Shown here one piece after another: positions 32,040 to 39,800 of a stretch of 41,795 nt of DNA. The DNA lies in assembly GCA_030037695.1 (NCBI GenBank), contig JASHQF010000030.1, positions 1 through 41,795 on the forward strand, in the 5' to 3' direction. Position 1 is the first letter of the stretch. Each line of letters opens with the position of its first letter. Source of the stretch: Thermoplasmata archaeon. Its GTDB lineage: Archaea; Thermoplasmatota; Thermoplasmata; Lutacidiplasmatales; UBA184. The notes below the pieces were generated by a model. The model did no database searches and was not told the origin of the DNA. It saw only the letters and a list, made by a program, of their open reading frames with translations. The translations under genes and the position numbers were made by a program.

Positions 32040-33113
32040 ATGTCGAACCCGCACGTGCGGCCCCGCCGGAGGGCCGCGGAGACCGCCCGGACCGAGGGGG
32101 TCGCGCCCCCGAACGAACCGACCCGACCGGAGCCCGGTATCGTGGCCGCCCACCGGGCGCCCCCTGCCGCCTCACACCGGGTCGAGATCGATCCGAGCGA
32201 GCCCCCGGAGCACCGGTTCCGACGCGTGCTGGGCGCCTACCTCACGGGCGCAGCGGAGATCGTGATCCGCGAGGATCGCGGGCTCGGGGCGACGACCCGG
32301 ACCGTGGTCGAGGCCTTCTGCCGACGTACCGCGGGCATGGAGCTCGCGTTCGAGGGACCGTGCGAGATCCGACTTCGCGAACCCGCGAGCGCGCCGCCCG
32401 TCCCGCTCGAGCGCAAGGTCGAGGCGATCGGCCGCGCGGTCGTCCTGTTCCATCGCGAAGCGGTCGAGCGGTGGGGCGTGCTCCCCTACGTCCTCGACGA
32501 GGAGTGGGAGCGGAAGGACGACGCGGTCGACCGGGACGTCTGGTACGTCCAGCGCCGTCTCGCCCAAGGCGGCAGTGAGCGGCCGTCGACCGTTGTCGCG
32601 ATCTGGACCGCGGCCCGGAGCCTCGAGCGGATCGCCGACCACGCGGTCATCCTCGGCCGGCTCGGGCCCCGCCTCGTCGCCGTGCCAGGTGCGGAGGGGC
32701 TCCTTCGTACGCTCCGGCAGTACCACGCCCAGGCGATGGCGCATCTGCAAGGGTCGCTACGTTCGGACGATCCCGCCTCCGCGAACCGCTGGCTGGACGT
32801 CGGGGAGGCGCTCCTCGCTTCGGGCGCGGCGTGGATGGATCGACTGCTGCCGGCGTTCGAAGAGTACTCGATGCCGCCCTCGGGGGCGGCCGCGGTGAGT
32901 CAAGCGCTCGAGTCCACCCGACGAACGATCGCTTACGCCCAAGACATCGCGGAACTGCCGCTCAACGCGCACCCCCGCAGCGCCACGCTCCCGTCGGCGG
33001 GCTGGGGTGCGGGCCGCCGGCCGTTCGTGATGCCCCGCGCCCCGCCAGTCGGGGTGGTGGCGGAGCGATGGGCGCCCCGTTCCCCGGGGCGAACTCCCGT
33101 CCCCGCTCAGTGA
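32040..33113 (+). CDS. PhoU-domain protein (archaeal PhoU-like regulator without the usual N-terminal AbrB/SpoVT domain)
   Basis: Two PhoU-like helical repeats contain ARSLERIADHAVILG and ESTRRTIAYAQDIAEL. The central RVLGAYLTGAAEIVIRE block is typical of archaeal PhoU homologues. I prefer ATG 32040 over the track start 32007 because of the TATA spacing. Confidence 0.65.
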   Translation: MSNPHVRPRRRAAETARTEGVAPPNEPTRPEPGIVAAHRAPPAASHRVEIDPSEPPEHRFRRVLGAYLTGAAEIVIREDRGLGATTRTVVEAFCRRTAGMELAFEGPCEIRLREPASAPPVPLERKVEAIGRAVVLFHREAVERWGVLPYVLDEEWERKDDAVDRDVWYVQRRLAQGGSERPSTVVAIWTAARSLERIADHAVILGRLGPRLVAVPGAEGLLRTLRQYHAQAMAHLQGSLRSDDPASANRWLDVGEALLASGAAWMDRLLPAFEEYSMPPSGAAAVSQALESTRRTIAYAQDIAELPLNAHPRSATLPSAGWGAGRRPFVMPRAPPVGVVAERWAPRSPGRTPVPAQ

Positions 33114-33153
33114 ACCAGATCCGGCCCCTCGATCGAACGCGACCGAAGGCCGC

Positions 33154-33771
33154 TCACGAGGAGCCCGGGGCCCGTCCGGCCCCGGTAGGGCTGGGCTCGG
33201 GGCGCACCTGCCCCGTGCCCGACCCTGGCCCCCAGCCTTCGAGCGACGTGAACGCTTCGACCAGCTCGTCCTCGATCCAGACGAGGACGACGAAGTACCA
33301 GGCGAGAGAGGCGAGCAGCAGGGTCTCGGCGCCGGGATCGGTCCCCGTGACGACGACCGCCCCTCCCCGAAGCGAGCCACGCTCCGCGATCGGTTCGATG
33401 TGCAGCAGCTCCGTGCCGTCCGGCCGGAGGACCCGCCAGGACGGTAGCAGGCGGCTCGCGTGCACCAACGTGAACGGAGCTCCGCTCCCGATCCGGATCG
33501 CATGGTGCCTCAGGTGCGCGACCAGGCGCGCGATCGGGCGGTCGCTTCCCGTAGCCCGTACCTCGATCGAGGGGCTGAGGAACCCGGTCCGTTTGAACGT
33601 CCAGGACCCTTCCCGGTACGTGCCCGTCGCCAGCGATCCCGCGCGCCGCTGCCAGGCCAGGGTAGCGACCGGAAGGTCCCCGGAGAGGAGCTGGTAGCCG
33701 GCCGGTTCTTCCGAGGTCCGCAGCCAGCGCAGGGCCGAGCGATCGACCCCCGAGAACGCCACGAGCTCCAT
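33154..33771 (-). CDS. Hypothetical protein (beta-rich N-terminal part, one C-terminal hydrophobic helix)
   Basis: ATG 33771 lies about 28 nt downstream of a minus-strand CTTAAG box (33796-33801). I recognise no family. LLLASLAWYFVVLVWI is a likely TM helix. Confidence 0.6.
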   Translation of the reverse strand: MELVAFSGVDRSALRWLRTSEEPAGYQLLSGDLPVATLAWQRRAGSLATGTYREGSWTFKRTGFLSPSIEVRATGSDRPIARLVAHLRHHAIRIGSGAPFTLVHASRLLPSWRVLRPDGTELLHIEPIAERGSLRGGAVVVTGTDPGAETLLLASLAWYFVVLVWIEDELVEAFTSLEGWGPGSGTGQVRPEPSPTGAGRAPGSS

Positions 33772-34015
33772 GCCGTGGCACGTGGTCCCTGACACTTAAG
33801 GCCGAAGGGGCGGCAAGCGCCGCACCGGGAGCGGCGTGGGGGGAAACTCAGCGGTGGAACGTGCGCTCAAAGCCGGCGCGGGGTCCGCGGAGCGGAGCTC
33901 GCAGGAGAACGATCCACCTAGGGCGGTCGAGGGACCCGGCCCCGATGAAATTAAGCCGATTCGCCGGGCTACGGTGGGTGGAGGCGCTGCGGGCTGGGGC
34001 GGTAGGCGAGCGACG

Positions 34016-35149
34016 ATGGCGGATAGGAAGGTACGGATCCTGATCGGTACTCGCAAGGGAGGGTACGTCCTCGAGGGCGACGCCGCCCGAAAGAAGTGGA
34101 AGCTCGCCGCCCAGATGCAGCGCGGCTGGGACGTCTTTCACATGACCGCCGACCCGCGCCACCCGGGCGATCTCTACGCCTGCGTCAACTCCTGGCTCTG
34201 GGGTCCGGTCTTGTACCGCTCCCGCAACTACGGTAGGAATTGGGACGAGATCGGGACCCCGATGTTGTCCGCCACGTCGGGGCGGAGGCCCAGGTTCGAT
34301 CCGGACCACCCCGAAGCGGCTCCCCCGACCTACCCGATCGCCAACCTCTGGCATCTCGAGCCCGGCCATGCGAGCGAGCCGGACACGCTGTTCCTCGGGG
34401 TCGATCCCTACTCCCTCTACCGGAGCGACGACCTCGGTTCGAGCTGGGACCCGGTCTCCGGGCTGAACGACCACCCGTCCAAGTCCCAGTGGGGCGCCGG
34501 CAACGGCGGGCCCTGCCTCCACACGGTGCTGGTCGATCCGACCCGGCCGAAACGGCTGTTCGCAGGGATCTCGAGCGCCGGCCTCCTCCGATCGGACGAC
34601 GGGGGGCGGAGCTGGAAGCTCGCGAACCACGGCGTGGAGACTCCGTTCAACCCCGAGAAGTTCCCCGAGGTCGGGCAGTGCGTGCACAAGGTCGCGATGG
34701 ACCCGGCGCGCCCGGAGACGCTCTACCGCCAGGACCACGGGGGGATCTACGTGAGCCGGGACGCCGGCGATCGGTGGGATCGGGTCGGCAAGCCGCTCAA
34801 GGACGACTTCGGGTTCGTGGTCGCGACCGCGAAACATCGGCCAGGGCGCGCCTTCTTCGTTCCGATCGAGGGGGAGAGCCGGCTCACGTCCAGCGGAGGG
34901 TTCCAGGTCCAGGAGTGGAACGAGGCATCGAAGAAGTGGCGAGCCCTGATGACGCCCCGCAAGTTCCCCGGGGAGTTCGGGAACCACCGCGAGGGGCTCG
35001 CGTGCGACGCGCTCGATCCCGCGGGGATCTACGCAGGGACGTCGACCGGCCAGGTGTTCGTCTCGCCGGACGCGGGCCGTTCGTGGGACCAGGTGCCGAT
35101 CCAGTTCCCCGCGATCCACTCCGTCGCGATCGCCAATCCGGTCGTTTGA
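34016..35149 (+). CDS. BNR/Asp-box repeat beta-propeller protein (sialidase-fold, function unknown)
   Basis: Internal ATG at 34016 (MADRKVRILIGTRKGGY...). Four S-x-D-x-G-x-x-W Asp-boxes: SDDLGSSWD, SDDGGRSWK, SRDAGDRWD and SPDAGRSWD. Confidence 0.8.
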   Translation: MADRKVRILIGTRKGGYVLEGDAARKKWKLAAQMQRGWDVFHMTADPRHPGDLYACVNSWLWGPVLYRSRNYGRNWDEIGTPMLSATSGRRPRFDPDHPEAAPPTYPIANLWHLEPGHASEPDTLFLGVDPYSLYRSDDLGSSWDPVSGLNDHPSKSQWGAGNGGPCLHTVLVDPTRPKRLFAGISSAGLLRSDDGGRSWKLANHGVETPFNPEKFPEVGQCVHKVAMDPARPETLYRQDHGGIYVSRDAGDRWDRVGKPLKDDFGFVVATAKHRPGRAFFVPIEGESRLTSSGGFQVQEWNEASKKWRALMTPRKFPGEFGNHREGLACDALDPAGIYAGTSTGQVFVSPDAGRSWDQVPIQFPAIHSVAIANPVV

Positions 35150-35160
35150 GTCGGGGCACC

Positions 35161-36234
35161 GTGCCGGCCGCCCCGCGTCGCGCGAGCCGCCGACGCAAGG
35201 TCCCCCCTCGTCGCGCGGTCGAGCCTGCGCGAAGGCTCGCCGCGATCATGTTCACGGACATGGTGGGGTTCACGACGCTGAGCCAGCGGGACGAGGCGAT
35301 GGCGGTCCGGTTGCTCGAGGAGCAGCGGTCGTTGCTGCGGCCGCTCTTCGGCTCCCACGGGGGCCGGGTGATCAAGACCCTCGGCGACGGCTTCCTCGTG
35401 GAGTTCGCGAGCGCGGTGGAATCCGTGCGATGTGCCCAGAGGATCCAGGGGACGATCGCGCAGCGGAACTCCGGCCCGCGCGCCGAGGGTCGGCTGTTGC
35501 TCCGCGTCGGCATCCACGTCGGGGACATCCTCGGCGAGGGCGACGACATCGTGGGCGACGCGGTGAACGTCGCCTCCCGGATCGAACCGCTCGCCGATCC
35601 GGGCGGCATCTGCGTCTCGGGCCAGGTGCTCGACCAGATCCGGAACAAGGTGCCGGTGACCTGCCGGGAGCTGGTGGCCCCTTCGCTGAAGAACGTGGAG
35701 AGCCCGATCCAGGTGTTCCGCGTCGAGGGCACGTCCTCCGACCGACCGGCCGCCGGCGCGCCGGGCCCGGCGGCGTCGTTCGTCCGGCTCGCGGTCCTAC
35801 CGTTCCGGTGCTTGAGCGCGAACCCCGCCGACCGGGTCTTCGCCGAGGGGCTGACCGTGGGACTGATCAATCACCTCGCCCAGGGCACCGCGCTTCGGGT
35901 CGTCGCCCTCACCTCCGTGCTGCAGTACCGAGACGCCGGTAAGCGGATCCGGGAGATCGGTCGAGAGCTCGCGGTGGGCTCGATCATCGAAGGGAGCGTC
36001 CGACGGTCCGCGAACGCCGTGCGGATCGCGGTCCAGCTCGTCGACGCGGGCTCGGAGGAACCGATCTGGGCGCAGCATTTCGACCGGGAACTGGTCGACA
36101 GCTTTGCGCTCGAGGACGAGATCGCGCTCGGCGTCACGACCGTGCTGCAGCGTCAGCTCGTGGCGCGGATCCCGCCGGCGTTCCGCCGCCCGTCGACCAT
36201 CGGGCCCTCGACGGCGGCGGCGGTCGCCAGCTAG
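35161..36234 (+). CDS. Class III adenylate/guanylate cyclase catalytic domain fused to a TolB-N-like C-terminal module
   Basis: GTG 35161 lies 11 nt after the BNR gene stop. Cyclase blocks are AIMFTDMVGFT (metal Asp), IKTLGDGFLVEF (second Asp), RVGIHVGDI and GDAVNVASRIE. The C-terminal LAVLPFRCLSANPADRVFAEGLTVGLINHLA...GSIIEGSVRRSANAVRIAVQLVDA is the module commonly found after bacterial cyclase domains. The track ORF 34240-36234 is shadow upstream. Confidence 0.8.
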   Translation: MPAAPRRASRRRKVPPRRAVEPARRLAAIMFTDMVGFTTLSQRDEAMAVRLLEEQRSLLRPLFGSHGGRVIKTLGDGFLVEFASAVESVRCAQRIQGTIAQRNSGPRAEGRLLLRVGIHVGDILGEGDDIVGDAVNVASRIEPLADPGGICVSGQVLDQIRNKVPVTCRELVAPSLKNVESPIQVFRVEGTSSDRPAAGAPGPAASFVRLAVLPFRCLSANPADRVFAEGLTVGLINHLAQGTALRVVALTSVLQYRDAGKRIREIGRELAVGSIIEGSVRRSANAVRIAVQLVDAGSEEPIWAQHFDRELVDSFALEDEIALGVTTVLQRQLVARIPPAFRRPSTIGPSTAAAVAS

Positions 36235-36281
36235 CGCGGGCACGGGCCGGTTCCCTCCCCCGGGCTCCGCGCGAGCTTTCG

Positions 36282-37256
36282 CTAACCGCCGGTCCGGGCG
36301 AGTACGACGCGCGCGCGGAGGGTGATCATCTTGCTCGGGGCACCGGCGGTCTCGAACGACAGCGGCGTCGGTCGCCGCTCCGGGTGCTGGGCGTACCAGC
36401 GGGCCGATTCCGGATCGGGATCCGGTTGGTCGGCGTCGAGGTTCCACCTTCCGTCCGCGCGCCGTTTCTTGCGAAGGAGGTCGAGCGCGAAGCCGAGCCG
36501 CGGGTCGTCGGCGTAGCCGAGCGCGGTCAGGCAATCCAATCCGACCAGGAGGTCGTAGTAGTAGTGCGTAGGCCAGTGGAAGCGGTACCACGGCGCGTAC
36601 CGGTCCCCCTGCCGGTGGAGCTCGCGCTCGAGGAAGTACTCCGCGGCGCGCTCCACGCACGCCCGCATCGGCGCGGTCCACCGCGCGCGGGGGAACGCGG
36701 CGAAGGCGCCCAGGCCCTCCCAGGCGTCCAGCGACCGGCTCGTCGCGGGCCCGTCGGTGGAGAAGCGGCACGTCCAACCGCCCTTGGGGTGCGCGGTCCG
36801 AACGAGCCAATCGAGGGTGCGGCGGATCCTCGGGTCGTCCCCGTAGCCCATGCGGATCAGGGCGCGCGCCATGTTGGCCGTGTAGCAGTGGTGGCCCTTG
36901 CCGCTCCCGAAACCTCCGACCCCCCCGCCCCGGAGCGGCGCGCTGGCCATCCAGAATTCGCACGACGCTCGGATCGCCGGGGTCGTGCGAGAGGCTCCCA
37001 GGTCCGCGAGGGCGAGCAGGTTCCAGTTCGTGCCGAGAAACCGCGGCTCCAACCATCCCCGTGGGCGGACCCACCAGCCGGCCGGGTCCCGGCGGGCCAG
37101 GATGTCGGCGCCCCATCCGGCCGTGGGGATCCGCGCCCGGGCCGCTCGAACCTCGGGATCGGACTCCTTCTTTCCCAGGAGCTGCGTCAAGGCGAGGTAG
37201 CGGATCGAAGGCTGGGAAGGCTCCAGCAGCCACTCGAGGACCCGGTCGGACGGCAC
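36282..37256 (-). CDS. Alpha/alpha-toroid (prenyltransferase/squalene-oxidase-repeat-like) protein, function unknown
   Basis: Clean 324-aa ORF with Trp/Gly-rich repeats (GGW, DGRW) and LEWLLEPSQPSIRYLALTQLLGKKESDPEV at the N-terminus. I make the family assignment from memory of similar bacterial hypothetical proteins, so confidence in function is low. Confidence 0.65.
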   Translation of the reverse strand: MPSDRVLEWLLEPSQPSIRYLALTQLLGKKESDPEVRAARARIPTAGWGADILARRDPAGWWVRPRGWLEPRFLGTNWNLLALADLGASRTTPAIRASCEFWMASAPLRGGGVGGFGSGKGHHCYTANMARALIRMGYGDDPRIRRTLDWLVRTAHPKGGWTCRFSTDGPATSRSLDAWEGLGAFAAFPRARWTAPMRACVERAAEYFLERELHRQGDRYAPWYRFHWPTHYYYDLLVGLDCLTALGYADDPRLGFALDLLRKKRRADGRWNLDADQPDPDPESARWYAQHPERRPTPLSFETAGAPSKMITLRARVVLARTGG

Positions 37257-37380
37257 GGGGCGCTAGGGGTACCGACGGTAAAGCGTTGGACGGGCGTCCT
37301 CGCGAGCCGCACCCGGCCGAGCGGGTCGGGGTTCGGTTTCGCGAGGCGTCGCCCCGGAGGGGAGCGCGCGGGCGGCAGAG

Positions 37381-37397
37381 TCGCGGCTAAGCCGCGA
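37381..37397 (-). terminator. Hairpin 10 nt downstream of the stop of the 37408-37893 gene
   Basis: TCGCGGC-TAA-GCCGCGA forms a perfect 7-bp stem. The function is speculative. Confidence 0.3.
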
Positions 37398-37407
37398 TCG
37401 GAACTGT

Positions 37408-37893
37408 CTAGCGAATGGTGGCCAGGTCGGCTTCCAGTGCCCGCCGGGCCTCCCGGTCGCGAACCTTACTCGCGAGCCGACGCGCTTGCCGAAGGTGGGA
37501 GTCCCGCGGGCGAGCCGCCCCCGAGATCGAGTAAGCGCGGGCCAGCCCCTCATGACCGTAGGCGACGTAGAACGGTGCGAGGTGAGCGCGCTTCGCGTAG
37601 CGCAGGGATCGCTCGGCGTGAACCACGGCGGGTTCGGGCCGCCGGAGCGCCGCGTAGACGCGCGCGAGCTGCCACTCCGCGATCGAGAAGTTGCGCGCGT
37701 TCCCGACCCGATACCAATGGTAGGCGGAGGCGAACGCGGTACGGAGCAGCTCCTGGTCGTCCTCGCGAGTCCGCCGCTGCTGCGTGAGGAGGTCCCACGT
37801 ACGGTTGAACAGGGCCCCGGCCAGCTTTCGCTCCAGAACGCGACCGATCGGTGACCGGGAAGGACCCACGCTCGCCGGGATGCTCGGGGTCAC
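37408..37893 (-). CDS. All-helical (TPR-like) hypothetical protein
   Basis: 161-aa ORF with normal composition (FNRTWDLLTQQRRTREDDQELLRTAFASAYHWYRVGN...). I cannot name a family. Confidence 0.6.
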   Translation of the reverse strand: MTPSIPASVGPSRSPIGRVLERKLAGALFNRTWDLLTQQRRTREDDQELLRTAFASAYHWYRVGNARNFSIAEWQLARVYAALRRPEPAVVHAERSLRYAKRAHLAPFYVAYGHEGLARAYSISGAARPRDSHLRQARRLASKVRDREARRALEADLATIR

Positions 37894-38166
37894 AAGAAGT
37901 CGTTGGCCCGGAACGCCGCGCCGATCGGTCCGGGGAGAGTAGGGTCGCCCCGCAGCTCCTCCTAGGGTGGGCTACCACTTCCCCCTCGGAAGGTGGGCGC
38001 GAACCCCGATGTGCTCTCGGGGAGGCGGAAGGTCACGATCCCTGGTTCCGGTCCCCCGGCACGTGGGCGGACGAGGCGTCGTACTCGGTCGAACGGCATC
38101 CGTAGGGCGGTCCGCGAGCGTCGGTGCGACAACTTGGCCCGAGTCCGGAACGGGCGCAGATGCGAG

Positions 38167-38238
38167 TGGACACGGGGGGATTTGAACCCCCGACCTCTGC
38201 TTTGCGAAAGCAGCGATCTTCCGCTGATCTACGTGCCC
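38167..38238 (-). tRNA. tRNA-Ala (anticodon CGC)
   Basis: I folded the cloverleaf by hand. Acceptor GGGCACG/CGTGTCC with the G3:U70 alanine identity pair, D arm GATC-AGCGGAA-GATC, anticodon arm CTGCT-TTCGCAA-AGCAG, T arm GGGGG-TTCAAAT-CCCCC. No CCA is encoded. Confidence 0.9.
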
Positions 38239-38263
38239 GCGGCGGCGGGCAGGGGACCGCCCG

Positions 38264-38269
38264 CTTAAT
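38264..38269 (-). promoter_or_regulatory. TATA-like box (ATTAAG on the minus strand) about 28 nt upstream of tRNA-Ala
   Basis: An isolated A/T hexamer at the spacing expected for an archaeal tRNA promoter. Confidence 0.4.
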
Positions 38270-38304
38270 CCCTTCGGGACAGGAGGCCGGAGGGGCGATC
38301 CCGG

Positions 38305-38952
38305 TTACGCGGAGACCGAGGAGAGCGACGCCGAGCCTAGGGTCGGATCGAGGGAAGCCGGTGCCGCAGCCGCCGGCCCGACCGTCGGGCCGGCTTGGCC
38401 CGCGCTCGGGGGCGGGGGAGCCTTGCCCGAGCCCGTGCGGGGGGTCCCGGCGCGACGCACCGCGATCACCTCGTGGTGGTCGGCGTCGTACCGGAGCAAC
38501 GAGGCGTACCGACCCCAGTTGACGATGTTCTGGATCGCCTCGTCGCCCGTCGCGCTCGTGAACGAGACGAGCCGCGCGAACTCCTCGTCGCTCAGGCGGT
38601 GCCCGGGGGCCTGCTCGAGCGCCTTCAGGAGGGTGCGGAAGAGCGCGGTCTTGGAGAGCTGCTCCCGGAGCAGGAGCTTCCGCTCCCGGATCGAGGCCGA
38701 CGTGAGGCGCTTCCCCAGGTCCGTGAACGACGCCCGGCCGTCCTTCACCCGGATCAGGTCGAGAACCTCCGCGTACTCGAGCGCCGGGAAGATCTCGTCG
38801 ATCTCGAGATCGAGGTCGTCCGCGAGGAGCGCGACATCCTCCGCCCCCCGATGCGCCGCGAGGAGGACGAGCAGGCCCACCATCTCGGTCGGGCTGCACT
38901 TGGGGTAGCTCGTCGGCACGTTCCTAGGTCGCCGTTCGCCTACCGGGGCCAC
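38305..38952 (-). CDS. Stand-alone AAA-associated domain protein (the domain usually fused to the C-terminus of NitT/TauT-type ABC ATPases)
   Basis: The GTG start is 3 nt after the ABC ATPase stop. MVGLLVLLAAHRGAEDVALLADDLDLEIDEIFPALEYAEVLDLIRVKDGRASFTDLGKRL... matches my memory of the ABC nitrate/sulfonate/bicarbonate ATPase C-terminal domain. It has a Pro/Ala-rich tail. Confidence 0.7.
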   Translation of the reverse strand: MAPVGERRPRNVPTSYPKCSPTEMVGLLVLLAAHRGAEDVALLADDLDLEIDEIFPALEYAEVLDLIRVKDGRASFTDLGKRLTSASIRERKLLLREQLSKTALFRTLLKALEQAPGHRLSDEEFARLVSFTSATGDEAIQNIVNWGRYASLLRYDADHHEVIAVRRAGTPRTGSGKAPPPPSAGQAGPTVGPAAAAPASLDPTLGSASLSSVSA

Positions 38953-38955
38953 CGA

Positions 38956-39771
38956 CTATAAGCCTTGTTCCGGCGCCATGGGCTCGCCGGGGGAGGGCTC
39001 GGCCGCGGCCGCCGGCCCCCCGGCGGTGATCAGCGAATAGACCCGATCGGTGAGGTCGTAGAACGCCTGGGATTTCCGGTCCCGTGGGCGGGGGAGATCG
39101 ACCTTGACCTCCGCGAGCACCCGCCCGGGCCGGCGCGAGAGGACGACGACGCGGTCCGCGAGCTGGATCGCCTCCTCGATGTTGTGGGTGACCAGGATCA
39201 CCGCCTCCGGCGGGAGCTGGGGGTCCCGCCAGAGCTGGAGGATCTCGTCGCGCAGGCTCTCCGCCGTGAGCGCGTCGAGCGCGCTGAACGGCTCGTCCAT
39301 CAGGAGCACCGCGGGCTCAACCGCGAGGGCGCGCGCGAGGCCGACCCGCTGGCGCATCCCGCCGGAGAGCTCGCGCGGGTACGCCTCCTCGAACCCTTCG
39401 AGGCCGGTGACCGCGACGTACCGCTCGATCTGCGAGGCGATCCGCTCGGGGGACTGACCGAGCGCTTCGAGCCCGAAGGCGACGTTCTCGCGGACCGTGA
39501 GCCACGGGAACAGGGCGAAGCTCTGGAAGACCATCGCCATCTGGGCGCACACCGTGTCGACGGGCCGACCGCGGAACAGGATCCGCCCTGCGGTCGGCCG
39601 GTCGAGGCCCTGGAGGAGGCGGAGGAGCGTCGATTTTCCGCAGCCGGACGGCCCCACGATCGCGACGAAGTCGGCGTCGGCGACGTCGAAGGTGATCTGG
39701 CGCATGATCGAGATCGACCCGTGGCGGGACGGGAACGACTTGTCGACGTTCTCGACCCGGATCAGCGCCAT
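38956..39771 (-). CDS. ABC transporter ATP-binding protein (NitT/TauT family)
   Basis: Internal ATG at 39771 (MALIRVENVDKSF...). Walker A GPSGCGKSTLL, signature LSGGMRQRVGLARAL, Walker B LLMDEPFSALD, H-loop VTHNIEEA. Confidence 0.9.
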   Translation of the reverse strand: MALIRVENVDKSFPSRHGSISIMRQITFDVADADFVAIVGPSGCGKSTLLRLLQGLDRPTAGRILFRGRPVDTVCAQMAMVFQSFALFPWLTVRENVAFGLEALGQSPERIASQIERYVAVTGLEGFEEAYPRELSGGMRQRVGLARALAVEPAVLLMDEPFSALDALTAESLRDEILQLWRDPQLPPEAVILVTHNIEEAIQLADRVVVLSRRPGRVLAEVKVDLPRPRDRKSQAFYDLTDRVYSLITAGGPAAAAEPSPGEPMAPEQGL

Positions 39772-39800
39772 CGCCTGCCTCGCTCGCCGCCCGGACGCTC

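Noticed and set aside
34240-35160. The upstream part of track ORF 34240-36234, which would add about 300 aa to the cyclase.
   Set aside because: It overlaps the BNR propeller gene out of frame and is Arg/Pro/Gly-rich. The cyclase domain begins just after GTG 35161.
37894-38166. An approximately 270-nt spacer between the TPR-like gene start and tRNA-Ala, with a bulged hairpin CCACTTCC-CCCTC-GGAAGGTGG (37973-37994).
   Set aside because: I recognised no known RNA family (SRP, RNase P or C/D box) or ORF. A single imperfect hairpin is insufficient evidence.
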